The translations under genes and the position numbers were made by a program. The notes under the pieces are model-generated. The model had not been told where the DNA came from. It saw only the letters and a list, made by a program, of their open reading frames with translations, and did no database searches. DNA of 63,270 nt, the filler included, from Octopus bimaculoides (Eukaryota): assembly GCF_001194135.2 (NCBI RefSeq). It is 4 parts of 4 records of this genome, joined end to end, with 100 filler letters (N's around TTAATTAATTAA, not from the genome) between each part and the next. Parts side by side here need not be neighbours in the genome. Positions count along the whole stretch, not along the records: positions 1 to 14,995 come from NC_068986.1; positions 15,096 to 29,550 come from NC_068992.1; 2 more parts are not named here. One strand, written 5' to 3'. Shown here in pieces: positions 12,949 through 25,110 of this stretch (its first letter is position 1; each line of letters begins with the position of its first letter).

Positions 12949-13455
12949 CGGAGGAAGGTCTGTGGTGGTTTGGGTAGCCATTTTTTGAAATTCTTTAGGT
13001 CCAATCGTTGCCCTGCATGGTAGGATCAACAACAATGATTATCTGAATATTTTGGGAAATCAAGTTCTTCCCACGGTCTAGACATTATTCCCTGATGACA
13101 ATATTCCAATACACACCTCTCATGTGGTAAAGAATTGGTATGAAGAGCATAGTCGTGAGCTACAACACATGGAGTGACCTCCTCAATCTCCAGATTTTGA
13201 TATTATTGAGTATCTGTGGTGTATCTTGGAGCGACAAGTAAGAAGACATTACCCTCCATCTGCAACAGTTGGAGCAGATTTTGGCGGAAGAATGGCTCAA
13301 GATTCCTCTCAGTGAAATCAGGAAGCTGTATGAATCAATTCCTAGACGCATTGAAGCTGTTTAGAAAGCTGAAGAAGGACCAACTCCATATTAAATAAAT
13401 ATTCATTGAATCTAACACGTGCTCCAATCAACTTGTTCAATTATTTTGTCTAACA
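12945..13455 (+). mobile_element. Tc1-type (DD34E) transposase 3' fragment, degraded
   Basis: HGGRSVVVWVAI...LGPIVALHGRINNNDYLNIL...DDNIPIHTS...(W)PPQSPDFDIIEYLW...EEWLKIP...LYESIPRRIEAV...GPTPY*. Confidence 0.85.
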
Positions 13456-14995
13456 TATATATATATTAGAACAGAACTAAATATTGCTTCAATGCATATA
13501 GCTTCTATTTTTAATTGTTGATAGGCACCTAATATCGAAGCTCTAAATATGTCTCACAATATCCAAAGCTTGGCGTAATTTAGAGCACAATACAAGTAGT
13601 ATTCTCTTCTGAATCGTAAGGGTCTTAGCGCTGATACTTATCTTCTGTTTCCATAACATTAAGCAGGCGAGAGATAACTCTGCCTTTTGATAGCTCGCTT
13701 TTCTATAACAAAAGCATTTTCCCAGATGCGAAAATAGTCCCAAGAATTAAATGAAATCGAGATAACGGGAAGACTTTACGTGGGCGGTCATTGGATCAAA
13801 TCTCTATGAAATAGTTGCCAAAGCTCCATCAAATTACACCCTACCGTCTTCAAAATGGAAATCACCATTGTGAATATTGTTCAAAGATACATAATAAGAC
13901 GGGATGCTTGTACGTGTTACACACTTAGAATAGAATATATTTCCTAAATCAGGGCCGATCGGGGTGTGGTGGAGTGGGGGTAAGCAACAACAGCAAGAAC
14001 AAGTAAATTGATGCTACGTAGAGTCCGATGACAATTCTCAGCAGGTTCCAGTCTTATTAAACCTCTTCAGTGAAACAGAATCTAGCGCTTAACTATCGGA
14101 TCTTGGGAAGACTTTGAGTGAATATAGCATCTTTGTGAAAATATTTCACTGCTTCTATAAATTAATTTAAGTTCCCATTCAAATTATTAATATCCACGCG
14201 CCAATACATTCCATGCACACTCAAATGAGAATTCACATAAAACCCGGCGCTTTCATGCATATCATTGCTTAATCAAATGCAAAAACATAAATTTACACAC
14301 ATACAAATTCGTCTATAAGGCGCATAAACGTGTTAACAAATCATTTTGACACAAAATGCATCATACTGAGATCCCGTTGTTATTTATAAGACTATGTATT
14401 GAAGAGGTCTAATAAGATTGAAAAGAATTCAGAGTTGTCACTATATTTACGAAAAGTCCGGCTCATTTCCCGCTGTATATCACTATTTAAATTTTAATCA
14501 ATTTAAATTTCTGAATTCTCTCCCTTACTCTTCCTGTCCACAGTTGTCATCAGCACTAAAGTTTCTTCTCACCTCAGGTCTAATTTAACTGATAATCAAT
14601 AATTTTATTTTTACTCACTACATTAAGCATACCATCCTATCCACACTTAGCTATACGTTCTTCATACAAGCGGCATCTCTGAGAGATTTTTTTTCTCCAA
14701 TGTCGTCTTTAAAAAGTCAGCTTCTTCCCAATATAGGAACATTTGGTGCATTTCTCATGGCAGTTCTGCTCGGTATCCTATAAACAATCATGAGTCAAAG
14801 AGAAGGGGGGTGGGGGAGAAAGAAGAAGAAACAGCACCTCTATAAGTGGAAGAAAAAAATGTTATTAGCACGGTGCAGTGAGAGATGCTCGTGCTATTTT
14901 CACGTTAGATGTTTATCTTCTAATAAGAAAAAAAAAAAACCAAATAAATAAAATAAAAAATAAAGACAAAGAAAGAAATGCTCAATTTCAGTTCA

Positions 14996-15095
14996 NNNNN
15001 NNNNNNNNNNNNNNNNNNNNNNNNNNNNNNNNNNNNNNNTTAATTAATTAANNNNNNNNNNNNNNNNNNNNNNNNNNNNNNNNNNNNNNNNNNNN
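14996..15095. other. Artificial scaffold linker
   Basis: 44 N + TTAATTAATTAA (stops in all six frames) + 44 N; identical at 29551 and 60942. Confidence 0.95.
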
Positions 15096-15465
15096 GTATT
15101 TATGCCACATTGACGAACGTGAATGATTGTGTTTACTTGCACGTGTATACGTTTGCGAGAGCGAGAGAGGAAGAGGGGGAGATAGAGAACGGGAGCAATG
15201 TGTATGTTGTTGTCACAGATTACGTATGTGTGGTCGTGTGTGTTTTTACGTATCAATGTTATGAAAAATAGGTAAAGAATAATGAGAAGAAAGTTTAATC
15301 AATGACGTTGTATGTATCACTTTCTCTCTCTGTTGAGCGCATGTGTAAGAACGCTGTCCCAGGTAGAAGGGAAGAAATATAAAAGTTGCTAGAAACAACA
15401 GCCAAATCTCCCTTAAATCACACAAAGTAAACGGAATTTTAAAAATCTAATTACTGCACTGGAAA

Positions 15466-16235
15466 GTTCAGATCGATGCACGTCCTTAGCAGTCACGGCC
15501 CATGTTTCACTGCCATGTAGCATGGCGGTTTGTACATATGCGTCATACAGTCTGCCTTTTACTCTGAGCGAGAGGCCCTTTGTCACCAGCAGAGGTAAGA
15601 GCTCTCTGAACTTTGCCCAGGCTATTCTTATTCTAGCTGCTACACTTTCAGTGCACCCTTCCCCGCTACTAACTTGGTCACCTAGGTAGCGGAAGCTATC
15701 AACTACTTCTAGTTTTTCTCCCTGGAATGTGGCAAAGGTTGTTTTCTGCACATTTTCAGTGTTTATTGCTCCTGAGCATCTGCCACATACAAAAACTATC
15801 TTTCTAGTTAGCCTTCCTTTGATATTCCTGCACCTCTTATGTGTCCATAGCTTATACTGGGTACATCTTATGGAGTTTCTACCTATGCTTTTTCTACAGA
15901 TCGAGCAGGGCCATCTACCTGAAGGGGTTTGCGTTTTGTCTACCTTCCTACTTATTAGGACTTTCGTTTTAGCTAGGTTGACTCTAAGGTCCTTCAATTC
16001 TAGTCCTTGCTGCCACACCTGAAACTTCTCCTCTAGTTCTGATAGTGACTCAGCAATTAGTGCAAGGTCATCAGCATAGAGGAGCTCCCAGGGGCATCCT
16101 GTCTTGAATTCCTGTGTTATTGCCTGGAGGACTATGATAAATAGGAAGGGGCTGAGGATTGAACCTTGGTGGACCCCTACCTCTACCCGGAATTCTTCAC
16201 TGTACTCATTGCAAACCCTCACCTTACTGACAGCG
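15466..16235 (-). mobile_element. RTE-clade LINE reverse transcriptase fragment with PHD-like insert
   Basis: Open frame: GVHQGSILSP...LLYADDL...VNLAKTK...[Cys/His cluster]...FRYLG...YGSETW-like LHGSETW. Confidence 0.9.
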
Positions 16236-16442
16236 TATATGTATATATGTACATATATATAACTACATATATTAATATACTAATAATATATTAATATACT
16301 AATAATATATGCTCCATTTAGAATGACTTAGCCTAAAGATGGGCCAAACTACTGGAAACTGAACACAGTATCAATGCTTACATATATCCATACACACCCA
16401 ATTCATTCACATAGCCCATGCATCAATTTCAGCCAACTTTAA

Positions 16443-16680
16443 TGTATAGATAATTTTTAAACAAACCCAAAGGCTGTAAATTATGGAGAAGAGCAACAAT
16501 ATAGGTCTTTTTATAATAACTGTAATTATATATTATTTATACTAATAACATATGGTCTCTTTAGAGCAACATATTATTAGTATAAATAATATATAATTAC
16601 AGTTATTATAAAAAGACCTATATTGTTGCTCTTCTCTGTAATTTACAGCCTTCTAGTTTGTTTTACAATTTTATAATACA
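16443..16680. repeat. AT-rich near-perfect palindrome (foldback/MITE-like)
   Basis: Core arms about 16470-16547 and 16574-16652 are reverse complements with 2 mismatches; looser pairing extends outwards. Confidence 0.9.
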
Positions 16681-17261
16681 CACACACATACATAAATTTC
16701 TGTTGTTCACCAGAAGTGATAAATTACAGAACTCAATACAAATGTAGGGTATTTTTTAATGCATTATAACTGAAAGGCTCCAATTTCCAATAGTCTGAAT
16801 TGCTTGTTTCTTATCATCAGCTGCTAAACTGAGCTTGGTTTTCTTTTGAATATTCACTTTCAACATCCATCTACCCATTCCACTCAACAAGGCTTTGGTC
16901 AGTCTAAGTCTATAGTAGAAGACATTTTCCCAAGTGCCTTGCATCCACGTGGTTGGAAAGCAAACTTTTATAACCACACAGTCATGCATGTACTTCATAT
17001 ATACATATCCTCTTTGTATTGTTATAGGGTAATGAAATGTTAGAGATATTTTTAGCAGAGGTAATATGTTTCTTTTTGTTGTTATAGTTTTTGCTTTGAT
17101 TATGAAAATTTCTCTTATTCAGTAAGGCAATCAGATTCTTTGGGGAATAATTAAATAGTTATGTAATGTAATATCTTACCAGTTAGGCTCAACTATAATT
17201 TAGTTTAAAATGTCAATAGTAATATTTATTTCAGTACTACTAACAATAATATATATATATT

Positions 17262-17320
<59 letters not shown>

Positions 17321-17401
17321 AAAATGAGGCATGTTCATCTAATTGAAAACAGATACGAACTGTGAACTAAATGGAAACACTTTGGTCCATATTTCTGTTA
17401 A

Positions 17402-17577
17402 ACTCTTTGCTATCAACCCACCTATGACCATAATCTGGTTCTATGATGCAAACTTCCAGTTGTATAGGAATCTAAATTAAAGCCTTCCATCAAAATTTCA
17501 TGTTATTTTTTGTTCCAAACATTAGTTTAATGATAACAAAGTTCTTTTATTAAATTCTTGATATGGTAATGAAAGAA
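17402..17577. mobile_element. Degenerate piggyBac-type MITE (same family as 26593, opposite orientation, internally deleted)
   Basis: TTAA flanks; CCTTCCATCAAAATTT...GTTCC...TTTTATTAAATTCTT is the reverse complement of the 26593 copy interior. Confidence 0.6.
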
Positions 17578-17837
17578 TTAAACATGACACCAAATGGTTT
17601 TTCTTGTGGAGCAGTCTAAGAGGTGAAATGGTTAATGCTTGTTCTGAGCTGCAATTTTTGAACCCATAGGAATTTGGATAATTATGGTAGTGATGCTCAT
17701 TTTACATCCATCATATAGTGTTAAGAAACAGAAATTAAAAACACTCCCAATCACATGCATGTATCTCCCACTTACACTCACAATGGGATTCTCTCAGTTT
17801 CCATCTGCTAGATCCACTCACAAGACTTGGGCGCTCT

Positions 17838-18135
17838 ATTCCAATTTCTTTTATATTCCTCTTGATGCCTTCTGATACTGTTCCCAAGGACCCAACAATA
17901 ATTGGCACTATCTTCACCTTCTTCATTTTCCATAGCCAGGCTATTTTGTATTTAAGAAGATTGTACCTATTTTTTTGTCTTCCTTCTTGACTATTCGTGG
18001 TTCAAAGGGGCACGCAACATCAACTATACAGCACATGTGGTGCACCTCCTCCACCACCACTAGGTCTGGTCTGTTATGCTCCAGCACCTGATCTGTTTGG
18101 ATTGGGAAATTCCAGAGGATTTTGCTAGTCTCTGA
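17838..18135 (-). mobile_element. Restriction-like-endonuclease non-LTR element fragment (R4/Dong-like C-terminus)
   Basis: KILWNFPIQTDQVLEHNRPDLVVVE...IVDVACPFEPRIVKKEDKK/RYNLLKYKIAWLWKMKKVKIVPIIVGSLGTV (one frameshift); RPD...D...K motif. Confidence 0.8.
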
Positions 18136-18322
18136 GGAAACAAGTTGATTACATCGACTGCAGTGTTCAACGACACTTATTTTATCAACCCCAAAAGGAT
18201 GAAAGCAAAGTCGACCGCAGCAGAATTTGAACTCAGAACATAGTCATAGAAAATATCGCCTGCTTGCTGCCTTTTTGTGGGACTACATTTTTAATTAAAT
18301 ATTTTACTGATTTCTTCCTTAG

Positions 18323-18469
18323 GTGTCCGTCTGGAGATAAAAGGGGAAGCTTATGTCCATTGGAGTGAAACTGAGACTACTGGAACTGGTGAAAACTCAA
18401 CCACCACAACGCTACATTACTCAGCTAGTGAGAAGTATTTTAGTTATACTATCATCCTCTATGGCTCAG
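18323..18469 (+). CDS. ARRDC3-like: Alpha-arrestin internal exon (arrestin N domain): GVRLEIKGEAYVHWSE...YFSYTIILYGS
   Basis: Acceptor TTCTTCCTTAG, donor G|GTAAAT, phase 1/1, typical ARRDC sequence; missed by the ORF track. Confidence 0.88.
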
Positions 18470-19054
18470 GTAAATTTCCATTATGTGAAACTATGTACAT
18501 GTTGATCCATGCACACACACACGTACACATGTGTACACACACATACACACTCACATATAATGTGCACATGCAGACGCACATAAACCTTTCACTTTTGCAA
18601 ACCTCTCCCATATTATTTCATCATAAAAAAATATTTTGTTGTTATTTAGCCACAGGTCAGTCTTCAGTAAACAAATCTATAATAAAAAGCATTCCAGCCA
18701 TGACTGTCTTATCATTTTTTTTTTTCAGAAATAGTACATCTAAGACTATATCTACATTGTCAAGTATGTCATTCCTTTTTTTAGACAGTAGGATATGATT
18801 TAAATGAGATTTGGTTGTCATTTCTTGAAAATTGACCGACCACATAGAGGGTTTCTTATTAACTCATATAAGAATATTTTTTTTATTCTTGGTGTAAAAA
18901 GGTGTTTGGTTATAACCACTAAAGTGAACATAACTGTTAATACCTGAAGGATTAAGATTTTTGTGTTGTTAAGTATTATTCCCTGAAGAAATACCATTGT
19001 TCAAAACATAAAGCCAGTTTTTATTTTTGTAGTTTCCTGTTCTGTTCAGCATAA

Positions 19055-19715
19055 AACTAATATTGATTTTAAATTTTAGCATAAGTCTTGCAAGTTTGAC
19101 TGAGTGGTCAAATCAATTGCATCAACCCCAGTACACAACTGTTTATTATTTTATTGACCCCAAAATGATAAAAGGCAAAGTCAACCTTGGTGGAATTTGA
19201 ACTCTGGATATAAAGACAGATTAAATACTTATTTCTTTATTGCCCACAAGGGGCTAAACATAGAGGGGACAAACAAGGACAGACAAAGGGATTAAATCGA
19301 TTACATCTACCCCAGTGCATAACTGGTACTTTATTTATTGACCCCCGAAAGGATGAAAGGCAAAGTTGACCTCGGTGGAATTTGAACTCAGAACGTAACA
19401 GCAGACGAAATACCGTTAAGCATTTCACCCAGTGTGCTAACGTTTCTGCCAGCTCACAGATTAAGCTGGCTTGCCATCTTAAGCAATAACTTTAATATTA
19501 GTTTCACATTTTGGCACAAGGCCAGCAATTTGTAGGGAGGGGGTTAAACTGATTACACCAACCTCACTGCACAACTGGTACTTATTTTATCGATCCCAAA
19601 AGGACGAGAGGTAAAGTCAAACTCAGGTCGTAAAGACAGATTAAATGTTGCTAAGCATTTTGCCTGGTTACGAATGATTCTGCCAACTCACCACTTTAAG
19701 CAATAACAATAATAT
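19055..19715 (-). mobile_element. Stack of three SINE family B copies; the middle one (about 19230-19458) is near-intact
   Basis: Three consecutive family B bodies in the same orientation. Confidence 0.8.
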
Positions 19716-19802
19716 TACAAATTGATCCCAAGTAATTACACAGCCATTCCTACACCTATATACACATACATATCTATGCATTCTGTAAATAATAAACCTT
19801 AA

Positions 19803-20022
19803 CCCTTTAGTGTTTAAACCAGCTATATCCGGCCCGGATATTCTACTCATTTTATGCTCAAACTGTCCAGAACCAGCATCTCACACCTACCCTGCAATGC
19901 CATTCTAAAAATAAACAATTACATCTTTCAAATCTTGAAGCTACAAGATAATACCAGATTAATTTTTAAAAATGTAAATGAATAAGGATTACTTTTGACA
20001 TATTAATTTGAATGCTAAAGGG
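19803..20022. mobile_element. piggyBac-type MITE (family 2)
   Basis: TTAA|CCCTTTAGTGTTTAAA ... TTTGAATGCTAAAGGG|TTAA. Confidence 0.85.
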
Positions 20023-20632
20023 TTAAGCTTATATGCATTCACTTTGCTTTGGTTAGAGAAAATAATCTAATATTGGGGCATATAAGCCCTCAATGGAATA
20101 AGATGAGTATTAGTGCATGTGGTAAACCAATATAAAAGGTCTGGATTCAATTCCCATGCTTACTAGTACCCATTTTGTTCTGTCAAGGGCTTATGTGCCC
20201 CTGTATCAGACTATTTTCTAAAGCTTATTTATGGTGAATGTATAAACGCTTGAAGCTTACAATTATTATTTACAGAATTTTCACTTGTGATTGTGCCTTC
20301 ACTTATTGCATATTTATTCATATCCATAGATGCACTCATCATCATCATCTAATGTCTGTTTTTCCATACAGGCATAGGCTGGACAGTTTAACAGGAGCTA
20401 TCCCGCTGAGCAGCTGCTTGGGCTCCATTTCTGTGTTTTGGCATGGTTTCTATAGCTGGATGCCCTTCCTAATGCCAACTACTTTACAGAATGTACTGGG
20501 TGCTGCTATGCAGTACCAGCATGGGTGCTGTTACATGGCACTGTTACAGCTGTGCACTTTATGTGACACCAGCACCCAACATGGTACCAATATAAATATT
20601 TTCTTCATTATGCATACATATTGTTCATGTAG

Positions 20633-20859
20633 GTCCAGTTATGGGAGCTAATCAAGTGATATTGAATGGCGGAGAGCATCACTATCCTTTTGAGTTTATA
20701 CTTCCGTACAATATTCCATCGTCATATGAAGGAGGAACCGGATATGTAAGATACTACGTAAAAGCTATTATGGATAAGCCTTGGAAATTTGATCATAAGT
20801 GCAAAATTCCGTTCACTGTAATTTCTGTTTTGGATCTAAACCAGACACCAAATGCATTG
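20633..20859 (+). CDS. ARRDC3-like: Alpha-arrestin exon: GPVMGANQVILNGGEHHYPFEFILP...PSSYEGGTGYVRYYVKA...KPWKFDH...FTVISVLDLN
   Basis: GTAG acceptor, TTG|GTAAGT donor, phase 1/0; hallmark arrestin-N motifs. Confidence 0.95.
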
Positions 20860-20867
20860 GTAAGTAC

Positions 20868-20909
<42 letters not shown>

Positions 20910-21594
20910 CCATCATCATTGACATCATTATCATTACCATTATCATCATTGTCAACAACAGCAGCAGCAGCAGAAGCAGCAGCTTATCATCATGATAATG
21001 ATCATCAGCATCACCATCATTGTCACCACCATCATCTTCATTGTCATCACAATTGTCATCATTATCATTAACAACACCATCACCTTTGTCTTCATTGTCA
21101 TCATCATTACCCCACCACCATCTCCATCATCATTGCCATCACCATCTTCTCTTTCTTCTATGCTTCCTCCTTTGCCTCTCCCTCGTCTACATTCTTCTTG
21201 ACTGCCTCCTCTGCCTCTGTTGATACCTCCACTGCCTCAACCCCTTCCTCTTTTTCTGCTTGTTCCCCTTTCTCCTCCCCTCCTCTTTCCCCATCATTTC
21301 CTCTTTTTCTCCTCTTCTGTCTCATCAGAATGTGAAGAGCTGAAACAAATACCACAAGGCATTTTGTCCAATGCCTGTTCAGTACCTAAAATAATGCTTT
21401 CTGATTTGGGAACAAGATCAGCAGTTTCTGGCAGAGGGGTTCCTGGTGGCTGGTTCTTCATTTTATTAACCCTAGACAAATGAAAAGCAAAGTTTATCCT
21501 TCAACTTAGAATGTAAAGTATCATGAAATACTGCAAGATATTCTTTCCAATGCTCTAGTTTGCCACTTTCATCATCATCGTCATCATCATCACC

Positions 21595-22095
21595 ATTATA
21601 ATAATAATAGTAATAATAATAATGATAATAATAATCCTTTCTATTATAGGCACAGGACCTGAAGTTTTGGGAGAGGGGACTAGTTGATTACATTGACCCC
21701 AGAATTTCACTAGTACTTAGTTTATCGGCCCCAAAAGGATGAAAGGCTAAGTCGACCTTGGCAGAGTTTGAACTCAGAGCATTGTGACGGACTTAATACT
21801 GCTATGCATTTTGTCTGGCGTGTTAATGATTCTGCCAGCTCACTGCGTTAACAACAGCAACAACAGCAACAATAATAATCTTGACAATCCTTTGTATTTT
21901 GGGCACAAGGCTTGCAATTTTTGTTTGTAGTGGTTGTAGTTGATAAGATTGTCCTTAGTGCTAAATTTGTTCTTATTTCATGAACCCTGAAAGGCTGAAA
22001 GCAAAGTTGACCATGGCAGAATTTGAACACAGAACATAAAGAGCTGGAATAGACACTGCTAATCAATTTGTTTGATGCAGCAATGGTTCTGACAG
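21595..22095 (-). mobile_element. Two tandem SINE family B copies with (AAT)n/(CAA)n tails
   Basis: Direct inspection. Confidence 0.8.
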
Positions 22096-22334
22096 CTTCT
22101 GCTATAATCAGTAATTATAATGATAAAGATTTCTAACTAAAAACACAAGGCTACAAATTTCTTTTTTAGAGAATGGGGAAAGAAAAGCTTTGATTTCTCT
22201 ACTGTTACTTATTTTATATGAAAGCAGGGAAAGAAAAAGTTGGTTCAAGCAGTTAGACCTAGTATCATGCAAAAGTATGACAAGACATTAGATGATACCT
22301 TGAAGAATTTAGTCTCAATGTTTTTCTTCATCTA

Positions 22335-22745
22335 CCCATGGGCATGGTAGTAAGATGTTTGCTTCCCAAACATGAGGTTTCAAGTTCAGTCCTACTGTGT
22401 AACACCTTGGGCAAGCTTCTTCTGCAATAGCTATAACCCTGGGTTAATGAAAGCCATGTTAATGAACATAGATAGAAATTGAAAGAAGCCTGTAATATAT
22501 ACATACAAACATGTGTGTGTTTTTGTGCATGTGTGTGTGTACCTTTTTCCTTGCATCTGTCCTCACCGCATCACTTGGCAATTGGTGTTAATTAGTTTAC
22601 GTCTCCATAACTTAGCTGTTCAGCAAAAGTGATCGATAAAATAAGTACTAGACTTAAAAAGATAAATATTAGGGTCAATTTGTTTGACTAAACACTTCAA
22701 GGCAGTGCTCCAGCATGATTGCAGTCTAATGACTGAAACAAGCAG
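22335..22745 (+). mobile_element. SINE family A, full length, diverged
   Basis: Head, CORE-like block, (TG)n and 3' half all present. Confidence 0.8.
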
Positions 22746-23019
22746 AAGATGAAACATACCAAATATGATTTTAATTCCAAACTTATGAAAACAAGACATT
22801 TGTACTACAGAGCCAGGGGTGGTTTCAGCTGGGTTGGTATCGAAAGGGTTAATTTGATCCCAGAACACGAAGACAGATGAAATGCCACTAAGCATTTCAC
22901 CTGACGTGCTAACGAGTCTACCAGGTCTCTGCCTTAAAGATGAAACATATTGAATCTAGTTACCTATTTGTTTTTCTCCTTTCTCTTTGATTTTTTTTGT
23001 TTATTATTTTTTTTTTCAG

Positions 23020-23202
23020 CAACCAATCCACCAACAAGGAACCAAGCATTTCTGCTGTTGTTGCTGCAAGTCTGGACCATTGAGTGCTCTGGTGAATTTA
23101 TATCGGACAGGTTACGTAAGTGGCGAGCAAATTTTAATCAATGCTGAAATATGTAACATGTCAAACCGAGATATAACCAGTTCAAAAGCATCACTAGACA
23201 TG
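23020..23202 (+). CDS. ARRDC3-like: Alpha-arrestin exon: QPIHQQGTKHFCCCCCKSGPLS...TGYVSGEQILINAEICNMS...SLDM
   Basis: Poly-T/CAG acceptor, ATG|GTGAGT donor, phase 0/0, arrestin C domain start. Confidence 0.95.
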
Positions 23203-23501
23203 GTGAGTAAACAGTTTTATCAGCTTCACCTTATTTTATATCTGTATGTGTCAGTGCATGTGTGTATGTGTGCATGTGTGGTGTTTGTGTCAGGTTAAAG
23301 TGATCATCAAATGACATCACATGATATTATACATTACCCCTAGGTGAAGGTGTTTGTGTGCTAAAGAAGTTCACTTCCCAACCACATGGTTCTGGGTTCA
23401 TTCCCACTGCATGGAGCCTTGAGCAAGTGTCATCTGCTATAGCCTTAAGCTGACCAAAGCCTTGTGAGTGTATTTGGTATATGGAAACTGATATATATAT
23501 A

Positions 23502-23860
23502 TAAAGGACTCTCTCAGAGTGAAATGTAGATTGTATGATGCTTGTGTACAAATGGCCATACTCTCTGATAGTGAGACATGGGCTCTGAATGCAGAGGACA
23601 TGCATAGACTGGAGAGGAATGAAGGTTGTATGATCCACTGGATATGCAACCTCAGTGTACATGAATGACAAAGTGCAACTGTGGTGAGAGAAAAGTTGGG
23701 CATAAGAGAAATTAAATGTGGCATGCAGGAGAGGAGAATGCTTTGGTTTGGACATGTGATGCATATGACTGAAAACAGCTGTATAAAGAAGTGCTGGTCA
23801 CTGAAAGTGGATGGTACCTGTGGAATAGAGTGACCCAAGAAGACAGGAGTGAGGACTGAT
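23502..23860 (+). mobile_element. RTE LINE C-terminal fragment (same family as 15466)
   Basis: KGLSLRVKCRLYDACVQMAILSDSETWAL...RRMLWFGHVMHM. Confidence 0.8.
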
Positions 23861-24575
23861 TTGAGGGTATTGTGGCTCATGGAGAAAATGACAATGGACC
23901 GAGATACGAAGTTCGAGAGAAGATCTCAGTAAAACTGAGTTCTAGAAGAATTGTTCCCACCTGCATGCAAGAAACTAAACTACATCTCTTAAACTGCGTT
24001 TTTTCCTTCCTCAAATTTCCTCTGGGTAACTCTGTATCCCCTCTACAGCAACACATCTGTTTCTTCCCTCATTCTTGGTCACTCTAATCTTTCTCTTGTT
24101 CTTCCCTCTGGCTAGGTAACCAAGTATCTCCTTTACATCAACACACCTGTCTTTGTCCTCTTTCTTGCTACCTCTCTCTCTCTCTCTCTTTCTGAGGCTG
24201 GGTAACCATGTACCTCCTCTATAGCAAGACACCTGTTTCTGCTTCTCTATCTCTCTATCACCCACTAACATTTCATCATCTGATACAAGATCACTTCCTC
24301 CAATGCCTCCTCCCCTCTCAAAATTCCTTCTTTCAGTTTCCATTTACCAAACCAACTCACAAGGTTTTGGTTGGCCCAAGGCTATAGTAGAAGACACTTG
24401 CACAAGGTACCTGACAGTGGGACTGAACCTGAAACTATGTGCTTGGGAAGCAAACTTCTTACCACACAACCACGCCTGCACATTATATATCCCAAATAAT
24501 TATCATATTGATTATCTTATTAATTAAGATATTAATTATCATTTTAAAATGTTGTATCTTTCTTACCCTTTGCAG

Positions 24576-24758
24576 GTTATTTCTTTTCATGCAGCGACTA
24601 AAACAAAAACTGAGCGTAAAAATGTCACATCCGTGATGCAAGGAGGTATTCAGCCTGGGGAAAGTGACTATTGGAACCAAGTAGCTCTTCATATCCCACC
24701 ATTGCCACCATCCCATCTGATGTACTGTAACATTATTGACATTGAATATATATTGACG
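24576..24758 (+). CDS. ARRDC3-like: Alpha-arrestin exon: VISFHAATKTK...IPPLPPSHLMYCNIIDIEYILT
   Basis: TTTGCAG acceptor, ACG|GTAAGT donor, phase 0/0; IPPLPPS...C.II.I.Y motif. Confidence 0.95.
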
Positions 24759-25026
24759 GTAAGTGTTTCAATTAATTATTGGTTATATATTAAGGATCAT
24801 CAACTTTGTTGTTGTCCTTGTTGTCATTTTCATCATTATCACCATCACCACCACTGTCGTCATACATCATCACCATCATCATTATTATCACCATTTTTGC
24901 TATCAACGACATCATCAGCATTGTCTTTACCATCAACATCATCATCTCTATCATCACCATGATAACACTTCCGATTAGTTAAGATCAAAAGCTGTGAGAG
25001 CCACTGCCTGGTACTGCATCAGGGCG

Positions 25027-25058
<32 letters not shown>

Positions 25059-25063
25059 TATTA

Positions 25064-25100
<37 letters not shown>

Positions 25101-25110
25101 CATTATTATT

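Noticed and set aside
15040-15051. TTAATTAATTAA palindrome recurring three times
   Set aside because: Always centred in exactly 88 N; an assembly linker, not biology.
20860-20922. Poly-His tail on the arrestin ORF in the track
   Set aside because: It is intronic (CAT)n after the GTAAGT donor at 20860.
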